Assembly: GCA_040772485.1 (NCBI GenBank)
Contig: JAXGYC010000007.1
Location: 896,001 to 960,000, forward strand
Reading direction: 5' to 3'
Length of the DNA stretch: 64,000 nucleotides
From: Sedimentisphaerales bacterium
GTDB lineage: Bacteria; Planctomycetota; Phycisphaerae; Sedimentisphaerales; Anaerobacaceae
The notes beneath the pieces are model-generated. The model searched no databases. It was not told the DNA's origin and was given only the letters and a program-made list of their open reading frames with translations. Positions 1 to 10,512 of the stretch are shown here, one piece after another (within the stretch, counting starts at the first letter, position 1; every line of letters begins with the position of its first letter). The translations under genes were made by a program, and so were the position numbers.

Positions 1-660
1 GAGGTCAAGCGCATCATCCGCGAGACCCCGCCGAAGAACCACCGCCGCACCATGCTCTTCAGCGCCACGCTGACGGAGGATGTCCTGCGGCTGGCGTCTC
101 AGTGGATGCCCGATCCGGTCATTTGCGAGGTCGAGCCCGAGCACGTGGCGGTCGAGACGGTCAACCAGATCGTCTACATCGTCACGTCGCGAGACAAGTT
201 CAAGCTGCTCTACAACATTCTCAAGAAGCGGGCCGACGATCGGACGCTGATCTTCTGCAACCGGCGGGACCACACTCAGGCTCTGGTCAACAAGCTGAAG
301 AAACACGGCATCGCGTGCGAACTGCTCTCCGGGGCGGTGCCCCAGAACAAGCGGCTGCGCATCCTCGAAGACTTCCGCACCGGCACGGTGCAGGTGGTCG
401 TGGCCACCGACGTCGCCGGGCGGGGTCTGCACGTCAAGGACATCGGCCTGGTGGTCAACTACGAGTTCCCCTACGAGCCCGAGGATTACGTCCACCGCAT
501 TGGACGCACCGGGCGCGCCGGCGTGGCCGGGACCTCGATCTCGTTCGCCTGCGAAGACGAATCGTTCATCATCCCCGCCATCGAGAAATATATCGGGAAT
601 CCGCTCCACTGCGTCATGCCGGAAGAAGAGTTGCTCGCCAGAGTCTCACCCCCAACATAG
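1..660 (+). CDS. DEAD-box RNA helicase, C-terminal part (5' end outside the window)
   Basis: Motifs FSAT, LIFCN, VATDVAGRGL and YVHRIGRTGRAG. Confidence 0.93.
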   Translation, partial: EVKRIIRETPPKNHRRTMLFSATLTEDVLRLASQWMPDPVICEVEPEHVAVETVNQIVYIVTSRDKFKLLYNILKKRADDRTLIFCNRRDHTQALVNKLKKHGIACELLSGAVPQNKRLRILEDFRTGTVQVVVATDVAGRGLHVKDIGLVVNYEFPYEPEDYVHRIGRTGRAGVAGTSISFACEDESFIIPAIEKYIGNPLHCVMPEEELLARVSPPT

Positions 661-820
661 CGTTGCGGCACGCCCGATAACCCAAAATGCCCCCGGATCG
701 CCTGCTGCACTGGTCCGATCCGTCCGATCTGGCCGATAAATGGATGGAACCGCCCGGCCGTCGCGGCCGACGCGGGCGAATCGGATTTGACGAAACGAAA
801 CAGTCCGGGGTGCGTCAGTT

Positions 821-1591
821 ATGCCAAGACCAGCGGAACCGACTTACGTGACCCAGCGGCTCCGGCATCGCACGAAACCTTGTCCCTATTGTGCCGAGGA
901 AATCCGTTACGAGGCGATCAAGTGTCGCTTCTGCGGCGAGTTTCTGCACGGTGACCGGGCCCAGACCCGAACGAGGTTCGGCCCATCCAATCCTGATCCT
1001 GATCCGGAAGAGGCGGATCCGGATCTGCTGGATGAACAGGAGCAAGACGACGACGTTCTCTGGTACGGCCGGCCGAGCGTGTTCGCCCTGACGGGCGCCG
1101 CGATCAAGACAGGCATCCTCGTCACCGTCGGCTGGGCGGTCCTGAAGTACCGCGTGACCCAGGTGGCCGTCTTCGTGGACGCCTACCTGCCGAAGGTGAG
1201 CATTCCGGCCCAGCGACTGACCCAGGTCGAGGCCTGGATTGACCTCGGCGCGCTGGCGTTCATCGCAGCGGCCCTGTCCGTGTTGCTCTGGAAGATCCTC
1301 TCCCTGAAGAGCATCTACTACGAAGTCACGCCGGATCGGATCGAGTGGTCGCGAGGGATCTTCGACCGTCGCGTCGACAACCTCGACATGTTTCGCGTGA
1401 TCGACCTGAAATTGCGCCGCTCGCTCTGGGACTGCCTGCTCGGCATCGGCACGGTTCAACTGACCGCCAAGGACGAATCCGACCCCCACTTCGACTTCAT
1501 CAAGGTGCACGGCTGTCGCGACCTGTACGACGTCATCAAGGAAGCCGGACTCGAAGCAGACCGCACCCGCAACGTCATTCACGTCGAGTAG
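821..1591 (+). CDS. Membrane protein with N-terminal zinc ribbon and C-terminal bacterial PH domain
   Basis: CPYCAEEI...KCRFCGE, two hydrophobic helices, then YEVTPDRIEWSRGIF and LLGIGTV of the bPH_2 type. Confidence 0.8.
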   Translation: MPRPAEPTYVTQRLRHRTKPCPYCAEEIRYEAIKCRFCGEFLHGDRAQTRTRFGPSNPDPDPEEADPDLLDEQEQDDDVLWYGRPSVFALTGAAIKTGILVTVGWAVLKYRVTQVAVFVDAYLPKVSIPAQRLTQVEAWIDLGALAFIAAALSVLLWKILSLKSIYYEVTPDRIEWSRGIFDRRVDNLDMFRVIDLKLRRSLWDCLLGIGTVQLTAKDESDPHFDFIKVHGCRDLYDVIKEAGLEADRTRNVIHVE

Positions 1592-1628
1592 GCTCGTCCG
1601 TTGCCCCAAACGCGCCCGACGACCGGCC

Positions 1629-2555
1629 TCAGTGCAGGCGGGCGTGCTCGCGTTCGAAGAGTCTCACGAAGGCTCCTTTGTTCGACGTGAGCCAGGTTTC
1701 GAACGTCTGCATCTTCGGGTTCAAGGCCCGGCACATCTCCAAATCCGCCCGTCGGTTAGGAATGTACAAACGGTTGAACTCGAACATGTTGGCCAGATCT
1801 TCGGCGCCGGGGAACCCCAGAGCGGCGAATTCCTCGCGAGGCACGTGGCGATAGGTCACCCTGGTTCCCAGGATGCGCGTCATCGTCTCGGCATACTGGT
1901 CGCCCGTCAGGTCGTCGCCGACGATACCGACCACCTTGCCGAGATAGTCCTGTGGCCTCTCGAAGAGGATCGAGACGATACTGCCCACGTCCTCGACCGC
2001 GACCCCCGCCAGGGGAGTGTCTGCCTGGGGGAATCCGAACGCGAAGGAGCCGTCCTCCTGCGCCTGCGGCGGGAAGAACGTCAGGAAGTTCTCGAAGTAG
2101 AACGCGACGTGGACGAATGTGGCCTTCAGGCCGAGACGACGCGTGTATTCTTCGAGCTGCGCCTTCATGTCGAGATGGGGCGCTTCGAGTTTTCCTCCGC
2201 TGATCTTCTTGCAGTGGGGCAGCGTGCTGAACACGAAATGCTCGACGCCGGACCGCTGGACCGCATCGACGAGGTTCCGGCCCTGTCCGTATTCCTTCTC
2301 GAAATGCTCCCAGAAGCTGGTCACGCCGTAGCAGCCGTAGCAGCCCCTCAGCGCCGCCCGGATGCTCCCGGCGTCTTCGAGGTCGCCCTGGACGATCTCG
2401 GCGCCTGCCTGGCGCAATGCTTTTGCCTTCTCGGAATCTGGATGCCGGCTCAGACAGCGGACTTGGAACGTGTTGCCGGCCAACAAGTGACGTGCAACAC
2501 TGCCGCCCTGGGCGCCGGTGGCGCCGACAACGAGAATGGTCTTCTTGGCTTCCAT
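1629..2555 (-). CDS. NmrA/HSCARG family NAD(P)-binding protein
   Basis: ILVVGATGAQGGSVA and HFVFSTL; GGAGG before ATG 2555. Confidence 0.9.
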   Translation of the reverse strand: MEAKKTILVVGATGAQGGSVARHLLAGNTFQVRCLSRHPDSEKAKALRQAGAEIVQGDLEDAGSIRAALRGCYGCYGVTSFWEHFEKEYGQGRNLVDAVQRSGVEHFVFSTLPHCKKISGGKLEAPHLDMKAQLEEYTRRLGLKATFVHVAFYFENFLTFFPPQAQEDGSFAFGFPQADTPLAGVAVEDVGSIVSILFERPQDYLGKVVGIVGDDLTGDQYAETMTRILGTRVTYRHVPREEFAALGFPGAEDLANMFEFNRLYIPNRRADLEMCRALNPKMQTFETWLTSNKGAFVRLFEREHARLH

Positions 2556-2791
2556 TGCCTTGTCCTCCAGCAAAACCTGGATGGTCGTTCTTCATAAGGG
2601 ATGCCGCCACTGCTGCGTATCTGCATCTCCATACGACCACCGATGCGGGAGCGGTTCGCGAATTCGCGTCTGCATCGCGGAGACTGCGCCAAGCGAGTCT
2701 GCGTTGTCGTGCGGATTGCAGCGCGGTATCATGGTACACAGCGTCGGGGATTCCGAAATGCGATGTTGACCGAGCAGCCGGAGAAGTGCTG

Positions 2792-3883
2792 ATGACGACG
2801 AAGACAGCGATAGTCCTTGCAGTGGCGGCCCTGATTGCCTCCCAGACGACCGGAAGCATCGGCGTGGAACGCCAGATTGTGCCCGCCCAGTCGCAGCGAA
2901 AGACGGTGGAGCCGGCGGTCATGCAGCGCGTCTACGAGGAGGCCAGGACACCGTTCAAATACGGCGTGATCCTCAAAGGCGAACACGACAGGAAACTCGA
3001 CTGCCCCAGCGTCTTTCGGTGCGATGCGAAATGGTACATGATCTACATCCTCTTCGACGGCGATGGATACGAGACCGCCATCGCCGACAGCAACGACCTG
3101 CTGAACTGGCGACCGCTGGGCCGGATTCTGCCGTTCCGCAACGAGGGGTGGGACGCCGTGCAGGCGGCCGGCTACGTCGCCCTCCAGGACACCACGTGGG
3201 CAGGCTCGTACGAACTGGAACGCTACGACGGTAAATACTGGATGTCGTACATCGGCGGCGCGCTGAAGGGCTACGAGACCGACCCGCTGGCGATCGGCAT
3301 CGCGTGGACGCAGGAGCCGACGCGACCGGCTCCGTGGCATCGCCTCGACGAACCGGTCCTGTCACGCGACCAGCCGGACGTGCGTCCCTGGGAGAGCCTG
3401 ACGCAGTACAAGAGCAACATCATTCACGACAAGGAGCGGACGCTCGGCTATCCGTTCGTGATGTTCTACAACGGCAAGGCCCAGGGCAGCCCGGAGCGGA
3501 TCGGCATGGCGGTCTCCCACGACATGCGACAGTGGCTGCGATACGGGACCGAACCGGTGATCGACAACCACACCGGCATCTCCGGCGATCCGCAGGTCGT
3601 GCGGATGGGCGACGTCTGGGTGATGTTCTACTTCGGAGCGTTCTGGCGACCCAAGGCCTTCGACACGTTCGCCTGCTCCCACGACCTGGTGCACTGGACC
3701 AGGTGGGACGGCCCCGACCTGGTGGCGCCCTCCGAACCGTACGACGAAACCTATGCCCACAAACCCTGGCTGGTCAAACACGAGGGAATCGTCTACCACT
3801 TCTACTGCGCCGTCGGTGACCAGGGGCGCGTCATCGCGCTGGCCACATCGCGCGATCTTCGTTCCAAGCCGGAACCACGTTAG
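2792..3883 (+). CDS. Secreted beta-propeller glycoside hydrolase (GH137/GH43-like)
   Basis: Signal peptide, VYEEARTPFKYG, DCPSVF and repeated SxDLxxW blades. Exact family uncertain. Confidence 0.7.
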   Translation: MTTKTAIVLAVAALIASQTTGSIGVERQIVPAQSQRKTVEPAVMQRVYEEARTPFKYGVILKGEHDRKLDCPSVFRCDAKWYMIYILFDGDGYETAIADSNDLLNWRPLGRILPFRNEGWDAVQAAGYVALQDTTWAGSYELERYDGKYWMSYIGGALKGYETDPLAIGIAWTQEPTRPAPWHRLDEPVLSRDQPDVRPWESLTQYKSNIIHDKERTLGYPFVMFYNGKAQGSPERIGMAVSHDMRQWLRYGTEPVIDNHTGISGDPQVVRMGDVWVMFYFGAFWRPKAFDTFACSHDLVHWTRWDGPDLVAPSEPYDETYAHKPWLVKHEGIVYHFYCAVGDQGRVIALATSRDLRSKPEPR

Positions 3884-3887
3884 GCCC

Positions 3888-6128
3888 CTACGGCCAGAGC
3901 TGGCTGTCGAGCCATGCGTCGGCCAGGATCGCGAAGTCGCCAAAGTCCACCGTCCAACTGCCGTCCAGATCGGCGGTCAAACCCAGGTCCCAGGGGAGCC
4001 GGCCCGTGCCGTCACTGGCCAGATAGGCAACCTCCGCTTCGCTCAACGCGTAGTCGTAGATCTGGAAGTCGTCGATCAGGCCATCGTAGTGTCCATACCA
4101 GCCCGACCCGACCTGAAACGATTTGATGTCTCGGATCGGAGAATCGGTGCCCGAGCGGCTGTCGTAGAGCACGCCGTTGAGATAGACCCGCATCAGGCCC
4201 TTCTGTCCCGGCGATCCGACCCGAACGTCCTTGGTGAACGCCCAGTGGTTCCAGCGTCCGGTCCATTCGTTACTGGAACGGTGATGACCCGCGACGCGAT
4301 TGGCAAACGACCAGGGCGAGCCGCAATCCCAGCGATACTGCCCCGCATCCCTCCAGCAGCCCAGGTGCACGGCAATCGATGGATTGGACCGGCCGTAGCT
4401 GTAGTCCGAGCAGCACAGCGTGTCGTTGCGATGGGCCGAATCGTCGCCGCGCTGCCAGAATGCAATCGTGATCGCGTCGCCAATGCCGCCGAACACAGTC
4501 GGGGCGTTGGAAACCACCACGGCGTCACCCCGATTGACCATGTGGATGGCGCGTCCGTGCACGCCGGTCTCGAACGTCGGACGCCCCTGGATCTGCCCGT
4601 GGGCGAATCCCGCGCTGTCGTAGGCGTTGCCGTCGAACGCATACCACAGCACCGGCGCGCCCGGGGCGACCACATCCACCACCCGGCCGCGACTGCCGAG
4701 CCACTGCATCGCCATCTGCCTCAGGTCGCGGTGATCGACCCGGCAATCGGCCGTCAGGTCGGCCGACGAACGATGCTCCTCAAGGCATAGCGATGAGTAG
4801 AGACTGACGTCGTCGACGTAGATGGTTCCACTGCCGTACTCGCCCGGCTGGGCCGAGGGAAAAACAAATCCCAACGCCAGACTGGAAACCGCGCTCAGGT
4901 CCACCCCGTTGAAATCCGCCAGCGGAACTCGCCAGACGCCCCACTCCGGCCTCGTGAAGATTCCCTTGTCGCCGTCGTAGGTCACGCGGCACTCGGCAGT
5001 CCCGTCGCTCAGCGCCGCGTACATCCGGCCCTGGGTGTCGTTGCCCGGCATGCCGTACAGCCACAACACGAGGGTCCGGACCCCTGCCTGCGTCCAGTCC
5101 TGCGCCGGCTGGAAGTCGCGATACGTCTCGGAGAGGTAGACGCTGTCGTAGTAGTAGATGAACCGCATGCACTGAGGGCAACTGCGTCGGGCCTGAAACG
5201 ACTCTTCTCCGACGCGCGCCTTGCCGCGTGTGTGCCAGGTCTCGTAGAGATAGCCGCCGGAGATACCGTAGGTGTCGAAGTCGTCGATCACGATATGATC
5301 GACCGTGGTGAAGGACCAGACCTCGCCGGGGCCGGCTCCGTTGGCGTCCACCCGCCAGTAGTACTTCGTGTTCAGCGTCAATCCGTTGGGCTCGAAGCAG
5401 TTGGCGTCGGGCGGCAGAAGCGAGAGCCGGACCGATGCATCGGCCGATTCGACCAGAGACCGCCGGTCGCTGAGGTACAGGCTCTGGTCGACCGCAGCGC
5501 ATGCAGGCGTCCAGACCAGCGTCACGTCGGGCGCAACTCCCGTCGCGCCGTCGACAGGGGCTGGATGGTCGGCCTCGGGACCGCACGCCCGCAGGACACG
5601 GGCTTGCACCGACGCCACATCGAACCCCGGCGCGCCTCCCCCGTTGTCCAGCGCCACCAGACGTACGCCGCGAGGGGCAAACGGCGTGAACACCTCGGGC
5701 AGGTCCAGATCGATATAGCTGACCGCCTGGGTCGCCAGGTCCGCCTTGGCCAGGGCGATAGGGTATTCCTGGTCGGCCCCATCGGTGAGAAACACGATCG
5801 TCTCTTCGCCGGCCTTGCCCCACTCGCGGATCAGTACATCGTTGCCGTCGGCACCCACGATCGGGCCACGGTACAGCAGTTCCACCCAGTGATCGGTCGG
5901 CATCGTAACCGCCGACAGCTCCGACGGCGGAGGCCCGACCAGCCATTTGTCCGGCAGAACGGGAACGGGATACTCCCCGGTCGCGCTCATGCCGATCCAG
6001 CAACTGTCATCCGCATCGTAGGCGTCGCGCAGAGCGCTGGGGTACTCCAGGTCCCCCCCGTCCGCCCGAAGCGCAGACGTACAGCACAGCAACACCGTCC
6101 AGGCAGCGAACCACCCTGCCGTTGGCAT
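3888..6128 (-). CDS. Secreted LamG-like jellyroll protein with dockerin-like motifs
   Basis: Signal peptide, KYYWRVD/WSFTT module, WNHWAF and DGLIDDFQIYDYALS (LamG), tail ADLDGSWTVDFGDF. Confidence 0.8.
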   Translation of the reverse strand: MPTAGWFAAWTVLLCCTSALRADGGDLEYPSALRDAYDADDSCWIGMSATGEYPVPVLPDKWLVGPPPSELSAVTMPTDHWVELLYRGPIVGADGNDVLIREWGKAGEETIVFLTDGADQEYPIALAKADLATQAVSYIDLDLPEVFTPFAPRGVRLVALDNGGGAPGFDVASVQARVLRACGPEADHPAPVDGATGVAPDVTLVWTPACAAVDQSLYLSDRRSLVESADASVRLSLLPPDANCFEPNGLTLNTKYYWRVDANGAGPGEVWSFTTVDHIVIDDFDTYGISGGYLYETWHTRGKARVGEESFQARRSCPQCMRFIYYYDSVYLSETYRDFQPAQDWTQAGVRTLVLWLYGMPGNDTQGRMYAALSDGTAECRVTYDGDKGIFTRPEWGVWRVPLADFNGVDLSAVSSLALGFVFPSAQPGEYGSGTIYVDDVSLYSSLCLEEHRSSADLTADCRVDHRDLRQMAMQWLGSRGRVVDVVAPGAPVLWYAFDGNAYDSAGFAHGQIQGRPTFETGVHGRAIHMVNRGDAVVVSNAPTVFGGIGDAITIAFWQRGDDSAHRNDTLCCSDYSYGRSNPSIAVHLGCWRDAGQYRWDCGSPWSFANRVAGHHRSSNEWTGRWNHWAFTKDVRVGSPGQKGLMRVYLNGVLYDSRSGTDSPIRDIKSFQVGSGWYGHYDGLIDDFQIYDYALSEAEVAYLASDGTGRLPWDLGLTADLDGSWTVDFGDFAILADAWLDSQLWP

Positions 6129-6401
6129 GACTCGACCTCCAACTCCGCCTTCCGATGTGCCCGGCCGGACCGCCGGACAGCTTGGCGACTTGCCGCCCCG
6201 GTATTATAGCATTTCCGTCCCTCCGATGCAAAACCCATGCCACCCCTTCGGCCCGCAAGACTGCGTCCAAATGAGCGGAAAAGCCTTGCCTTGCGCGGGT
6301 TTGTGGCTAAGCTCATGCGATGCGTGGCGTGCAGGTTCCGACAGACGTCGGGATCGACGGCCGTGCGTCCAGGGATTGGTGACTATGGGAGGAAATCGAG
6401 C

Positions 6402-8042
6402 ATGAGCCAGTATTCCGCAAGTCCGACGGGAGAGAAATTCGAACTGCCGAGCCCCGAGCAGTACGCGGGCGAATTCGAGCGCGTCCGGGCTCTGGCCGAG
6501 GCCGCCCGGGCCGAGGGCAAGGAAGTGGTCGTGGTGATGGGCGTCGGCTTCGTCGGCGCGGTGATGGCGGCCATCATCGCCGACACGGTGGACAAGCAGA
6601 CAGGCCGGCCCAACAAGTTCGTCATCGGCTGCCAGCGTCCCAGCCCGCGCAGCTACTGGAAGATCCCCCTGCTCAATCGCGGCCAGTCGCCCGTCAAGGC
6701 CGAGGACCCCGAGGTCGATCCGATGATCGCGCGATGCGTCCTCGAAAAGAAGACCCTGATCGCCACCTACAACAGCGACTGCCTGAAGCTGGCCGACTGC
6801 GTCGTCGTCGACGTCCAGTGCGACTACACCAAGCACGAGCTGGGCAACATGCGCAGCGGCGAGGCCGAGATGAGCGCCCTGGAGGCGACCATGCGAACGA
6901 TCGGCGAGCGGATCGCGCCGCCGTGCCTGGTGCTCATCGAGACCACCGTCGCGCCGGGCACCACGGAGTTCGTCGCCTGGCCGATCATGAAGAAGGCGTT
7001 CGCCACGCGGGGCATTCACTCCGAGCCTCTGCTGGCGCACAGCTTCGAGCGCGTCATGCCGGGACGGCACTACGTCTCGTCGATCCGCGACTTCTGGCGC
7101 GTCTGCTCCGGCTGCAACGCCGAGGCCCGCCGCCGCGTCGAGAAGTTCCTCCGCGAGGTCCTCAACACCGAGCAGTTCCCGCTGACCGTGATGGACCGGC
7201 CCATCGAATCGGAGACCACCAAGATCGTCGAGAACTCCTACCGCGCCACGACCCTGGCGTTCCTGAACGAGTGGAGCCTGTTCGCCGAGCGCAACGGCGT
7301 GGACCTCATCAAGGTCATCAACGCCATCCGGATGCGCCCCACGCACAACAACATGATCTTCCCCGGCCCCGGCATCGGCGGCTACTGCCTGCCCAAGGAC
7401 GGCGGCCTGGGCTACTGGGCCTACAAGCACATCCTCGGCTTCGAGGACGGCGACGAAGTTTTCAAACTCACCCCCACTGCGATCGACATCAACGACACAC
7501 GCGGCCTGCACGTGGCGCAACTGACCCGCGACGCGCTGCGGAACATGGGTCGCTACATCGCCGGCGCCGAGGTCCTGATCTGCGGCGCCAGCTACCGCCA
7601 GGACGTCGGCGACACGCGCTACAGCGGCAGCGAGATGGTGGCGCGCAAGCTGACCGAGATGGGCGCCGACATTCGCGTGCACGATCCCTACGTTGACCAC
7701 TGGTACGAGCTGGAGTCGCAGGACACCTACCCGGCTCCCGGCCACTCGTGGTCGCGCTTCTTCCGCAACCAGGAGCACCTGACCGGCACCGTGGTCCAGA
7801 AGGACATGGCCAAGGCGATCGCGGGCGCTGAGGCGCTGATCCTGGCGGTCCCGCACGAGGCGTACCTGAAGCTCGATCCCGATCAGGTGGTCGGCTGGGC
7901 GGGCGAACCGCTGGCGGTAGTGGACTGCTTCGGCATTCTCGACGACGGCAAGATCAGGCGGTACTTCGAGCTCGGCTGCGAGGTCAAGGCCCTCGGCCGG
8001 GGCCACATCCAGCGGATCAAGAAGGAGGTCAAAGGCGCATGA
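6402..8042 (+). CDS. Nucleotide-sugar dehydrogenase (UDP-glucose/GDP-mannose dehydrogenase family)
   Basis: GVGFVG, IETTVAPGTT, GIGGYCLPKD and DTRYS; SD GGAGG before ATG 6402. Confidence 0.92.
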   Translation: MSQYSASPTGEKFELPSPEQYAGEFERVRALAEAARAEGKEVVVVMGVGFVGAVMAAIIADTVDKQTGRPNKFVIGCQRPSPRSYWKIPLLNRGQSPVKAEDPEVDPMIARCVLEKKTLIATYNSDCLKLADCVVVDVQCDYTKHELGNMRSGEAEMSALEATMRTIGERIAPPCLVLIETTVAPGTTEFVAWPIMKKAFATRGIHSEPLLAHSFERVMPGRHYVSSIRDFWRVCSGCNAEARRRVEKFLREVLNTEQFPLTVMDRPIESETTKIVENSYRATTLAFLNEWSLFAERNGVDLIKVINAIRMRPTHNNMIFPGPGIGGYCLPKDGGLGYWAYKHILGFEDGDEVFKLTPTAIDINDTRGLHVAQLTRDALRNMGRYIAGAEVLICGASYRQDVGDTRYSGSEMVARKLTEMGADIRVHDPYVDHWYELESQDTYPAPGHSWSRFFRNQEHLTGTVVQKDMAKAIAGAEALILAVPHEAYLKLDPDQVVGWAGEPLAVVDCFGILDDGKIRRYFELGCEVKALGRGHIQRIKKEVKGA

Positions 8043-8584
8043 GGATATACCAGATCAAGATCACGCTCGATGACATTCGCCCGCCCATCTGGCGGCGCGT
8101 GCAGGTCCCCGGCGAGATCACCCTGGCCGAGCTGCACGACGTCATCCAAGTGGCCATGGGCTGGGAGAACGGCCATCTGCACGAGTTTCGCATCGGCAAC
8201 AACCGCTACGCGCCTTCGGTCAACGAGGAATTCGATATGGCGATGACCGCCGGCGACACCGATGTGAGACTCTGCGACGTCGTCCAGCGGGAAAAGGCCA
8301 AGCTCCGCTACACGTACGATTTCGGCGACGACTGGCGCCACAGCCTGACGGTGGAGAAGATCATCGAGCCCGAGGCCGGCGCGCGGTATCCCTTGTGCCT
8401 GGCGGGCAAGCGCGCCTGTCCCCCCGAGGATTGCGGCGGGCCCTGGGGCTACGACAGCCTCCTCGAAGCCAGGGAACATCCCGACGACCCGCGCCACGGA
8501 GAACTGCTCGAATGGGCCGGCCATTACGACCCCGAGGCCTTCGACCTCAAAGCCGTCAACGCCCGCCTCCGCCATCTCCACTGA
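8039..8584 (+). CDS. Plasmid pRiA4b ORF-3 family protein
   Basis: IWRRVQVP, GWENGHLHEF, YTYDFGDDW and ACPPEDCGG; ATGA overlap with the upstream gene. Confidence 0.92.
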   Translation: MRIYQIKITLDDIRPPIWRRVQVPGEITLAELHDVIQVAMGWENGHLHEFRIGNNRYAPSVNEEFDMAMTAGDTDVRLCDVVQREKAKLRYTYDFGDDWRHSLTVEKIIEPEAGARYPLCLAGKRACPPEDCGGPWGYDSLLEAREHPDDPRHGELLEWAGHYDPEAFDLKAVNARLRHLH

Positions 8585-8594
8585 TCCCCCCGCC

Positions 8595-8619
8595 GTAGGG
8601 GCGACGCATGCGTCGCCCT
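8595..8619 (+). repeat. GTAG-family REP palindrome (family A)
   Basis: GTAGGGGCGACGCATGCGTCGCCCT; identical at 16224-16248, variants at 11634, 14536, 15779 and 30601. Confidence 0.9.
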
Positions 8620-8646
8620 CGCCCCCCGCCATGCGCCCCGACCGTG

Positions 8647-8700
8647 ATGGCGTGCCACGTGCCAACACACACCCCTGTTGTTGGCACTTGGCACTGGCAC
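8647..8700. repeat. GTGCCAA-heptamer palindromic repeat (family C)
   Basis: 8659-8698 is identical over 40 bp to 10455-10494; relatives at 14569 and 15811. Confidence 0.9.
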
Positions 8701-8725
8701 TGCGGCCTCTGACAGCGCATCGCGG

Positions 8726-9646
8726 TCAGCCGATACGCTGGCGGCTCGCCCGCAGGTGGGATAGCTCGCTGTCCAGGCACAGCGATGGGCCGGACGATTC
8801 CTGCTCGGCTCTTTCGAACAGCAGTTCCGCCGAGGCAAAGAGCCCGTCGTTCTCCGCCTTCAGCCTTCGGGCGGCGCGCCGGCAGTACTCCCGATCGATC
8901 TCCACACCAATGCTGTGCCGTCCGCTTCGCAGGGCCGCCAGCATCGTCGTGCCCGAGCCACAGAACGGATCGAGAACCGTATCGTCGGTGAAAGAGAACA
9001 TGCGAATCAGACGCGTGGCCAGTTCCAAAGGGAACGGGGCAGGATGATTCCGTGTGGATGCCCCGGGGATATTCCATATCTGCTGGAACCACTCACTGAA
9101 CTGGGCCTTCTCGATTCGGCTTTCCCGCCGTTGCGCATCCGTAGGTTGCCGATACCCGCCGGGTTTCCTCTGCATCAGGATGAACTCGATGTCGTTCTTG
9201 ATGATCGCGTTGGGCTCATATGGCTTGCCGAGAAACTTCGAACCGTTCGCCACCTCGTACGAAGCATTCGCGATCTTGTGCCAGAGGATGGGATTGAGGT
9301 TGTCGAAGCCGATCTTGCGGCACCGCACGCAGATGTCCGCGTGCAACGGGAACACCAGATGCCGGCCGAATTCACGGCGCGACACACAGACATCGCCAAC
9401 CACGCAGACAAGCCGTCCGCCCGGCGCCAGGACGCGGAACACGTGCCGCCAGACCCTCTCCAACTCGTCCAGGAACGTCTCGTAGTCGTCGATATGGCCG
9501 AGCTGCTCGTCATGCTCGTTGTACCGCTTCAGGTTCCAGTACGGAGGAGACGTCACGACCAGATGGACACTCTCGTCCGGCACGAAGGACAGCTCGCGCG
9601 CATCGCCATGAATGAGCCTGTGTGTGGTCGGGTGGTTGTCTTTCAT
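8726..9646 (-). CDS. Site-specific DNA methyltransferase, beta class (N4/N6 family)
   Basis: VTSPPYW precedes HPAPFP and VLDPFCGSGTT. Confidence 0.93.
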   Translation of the reverse strand: MKDNHPTTHRLIHGDARELSFVPDESVHLVVTSPPYWNLKRYNEHDEQLGHIDDYETFLDELERVWRHVFRVLAPGGRLVCVVGDVCVSRREFGRHLVFPLHADICVRCRKIGFDNLNPILWHKIANASYEVANGSKFLGKPYEPNAIIKNDIEFILMQRKPGGYRQPTDAQRRESRIEKAQFSEWFQQIWNIPGASTRNHPAPFPLELATRLIRMFSFTDDTVLDPFCGSGTTMLAALRSGRHSIGVEIDREYCRRAARRLKAENDGLFASAELLFERAEQESSGPSLCLDSELSHLRASRQRIG

Positions 9647-10374
9647 AGCGAGGCCACCAAATGCCCGATCAGAGACCGGGCGAATCGCTCCATGGACAAG
9701 TCCTCCGCCGGCGTTACATACTGCCCGCTCTCACCGGTCGAGGCCTGGGACGTGATGAACGCGGCGGCCGTATAGTGCCGTTCCAGAATGAGCTTGCGAC
9801 AAAAAAACTCGTAACGTCTCGTGTACGAGGCGCCGACAAATTCGGGGAACACCTTGAAATGGGGCTCATGCACGCGCACGGGGCGCGTCGCGGCGGGACA
9901 GTCTTCGAGCATGAAGAAGTAACCCAGGAACGGCTGCGGGCTGGCCAGGTACGCCTTCTCCCGATACGCCGTCCACAAGTCCAACGCGCTGCCCATGGCC
10001 TCCTCGGTGCGGTTGTTGAAATTGTTCCCGAAGGACGGTCCGACTTGCGACTTGGCCTCAATCGCAGCCACAAGAGTCCCCTCTCTGACGACCACCAGAT
10101 CCCACTCTTTCGTCGGCCGAAAGAACCCCGGCAGTTCCATTCCTCGCTCGCAGAACAGACACTCGCGAGGAACACCGGCATCGCAGATCAGGTCCGTGAA
10201 CAGGCGGATGAAACCGTCCATCTGCGCACCGCCCGTTACCGCGCCGCGCGAGCCCTGGTCCCGCTTGCCGGTGGTCTGCTGCCTTTTCCGCTGCACAGAA
10301 CGGGTCTGCCAATAGTGGGCGACCGCCTCGCGCGCACGTGTGCCGAGATTCGCGTAAGTCTTGTTGCTCTGCAT
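9643..10374 (-). CDS. PaeR7I/XhoI family type II restriction endonuclease
   Basis: GAVTGGAQMDGF, LPGFFRPTKEWD and EAKSQVGPSFGNNFNNRTEEA; overlaps the methyltransferase by 4 bp. Confidence 0.9.
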   Translation of the reverse strand: MQSNKTYANLGTRAREAVAHYWQTRSVQRKRQQTTGKRDQGSRGAVTGGAQMDGFIRLFTDLICDAGVPRECLFCERGMELPGFFRPTKEWDLVVVREGTLVAAIEAKSQVGPSFGNNFNNRTEEAMGSALDLWTAYREKAYLASPQPFLGYFFMLEDCPAATRPVRVHEPHFKVFPEFVGASYTRRYEFFCRKLILERHYTAAAFITSQASTGESGQYVTPAEDLSMERFARSLIGHLVASL

Positions 10375-10440
10375 CGTGGCATTATACCATGCCCCTTTGC
10401 GCAACGCCAGCGGCGGGAAACAGTGCTGTCACCTGGATGA

Positions 10441-10494
10441 GTGCCAAGTGCCAAGTGCCAACACACACCCCTGTTGTTGGCACTTGGCACTGGC
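10441..10494. repeat. GTGCCAA-heptamer palindromic repeat (family C)
   Basis: (GTGCCAA)x3, spacer, (TTGGCAC)x2. Confidence 0.9.
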
Positions 10495-10512
10495 GCTGAG
10501 GGTTTAGGAATT

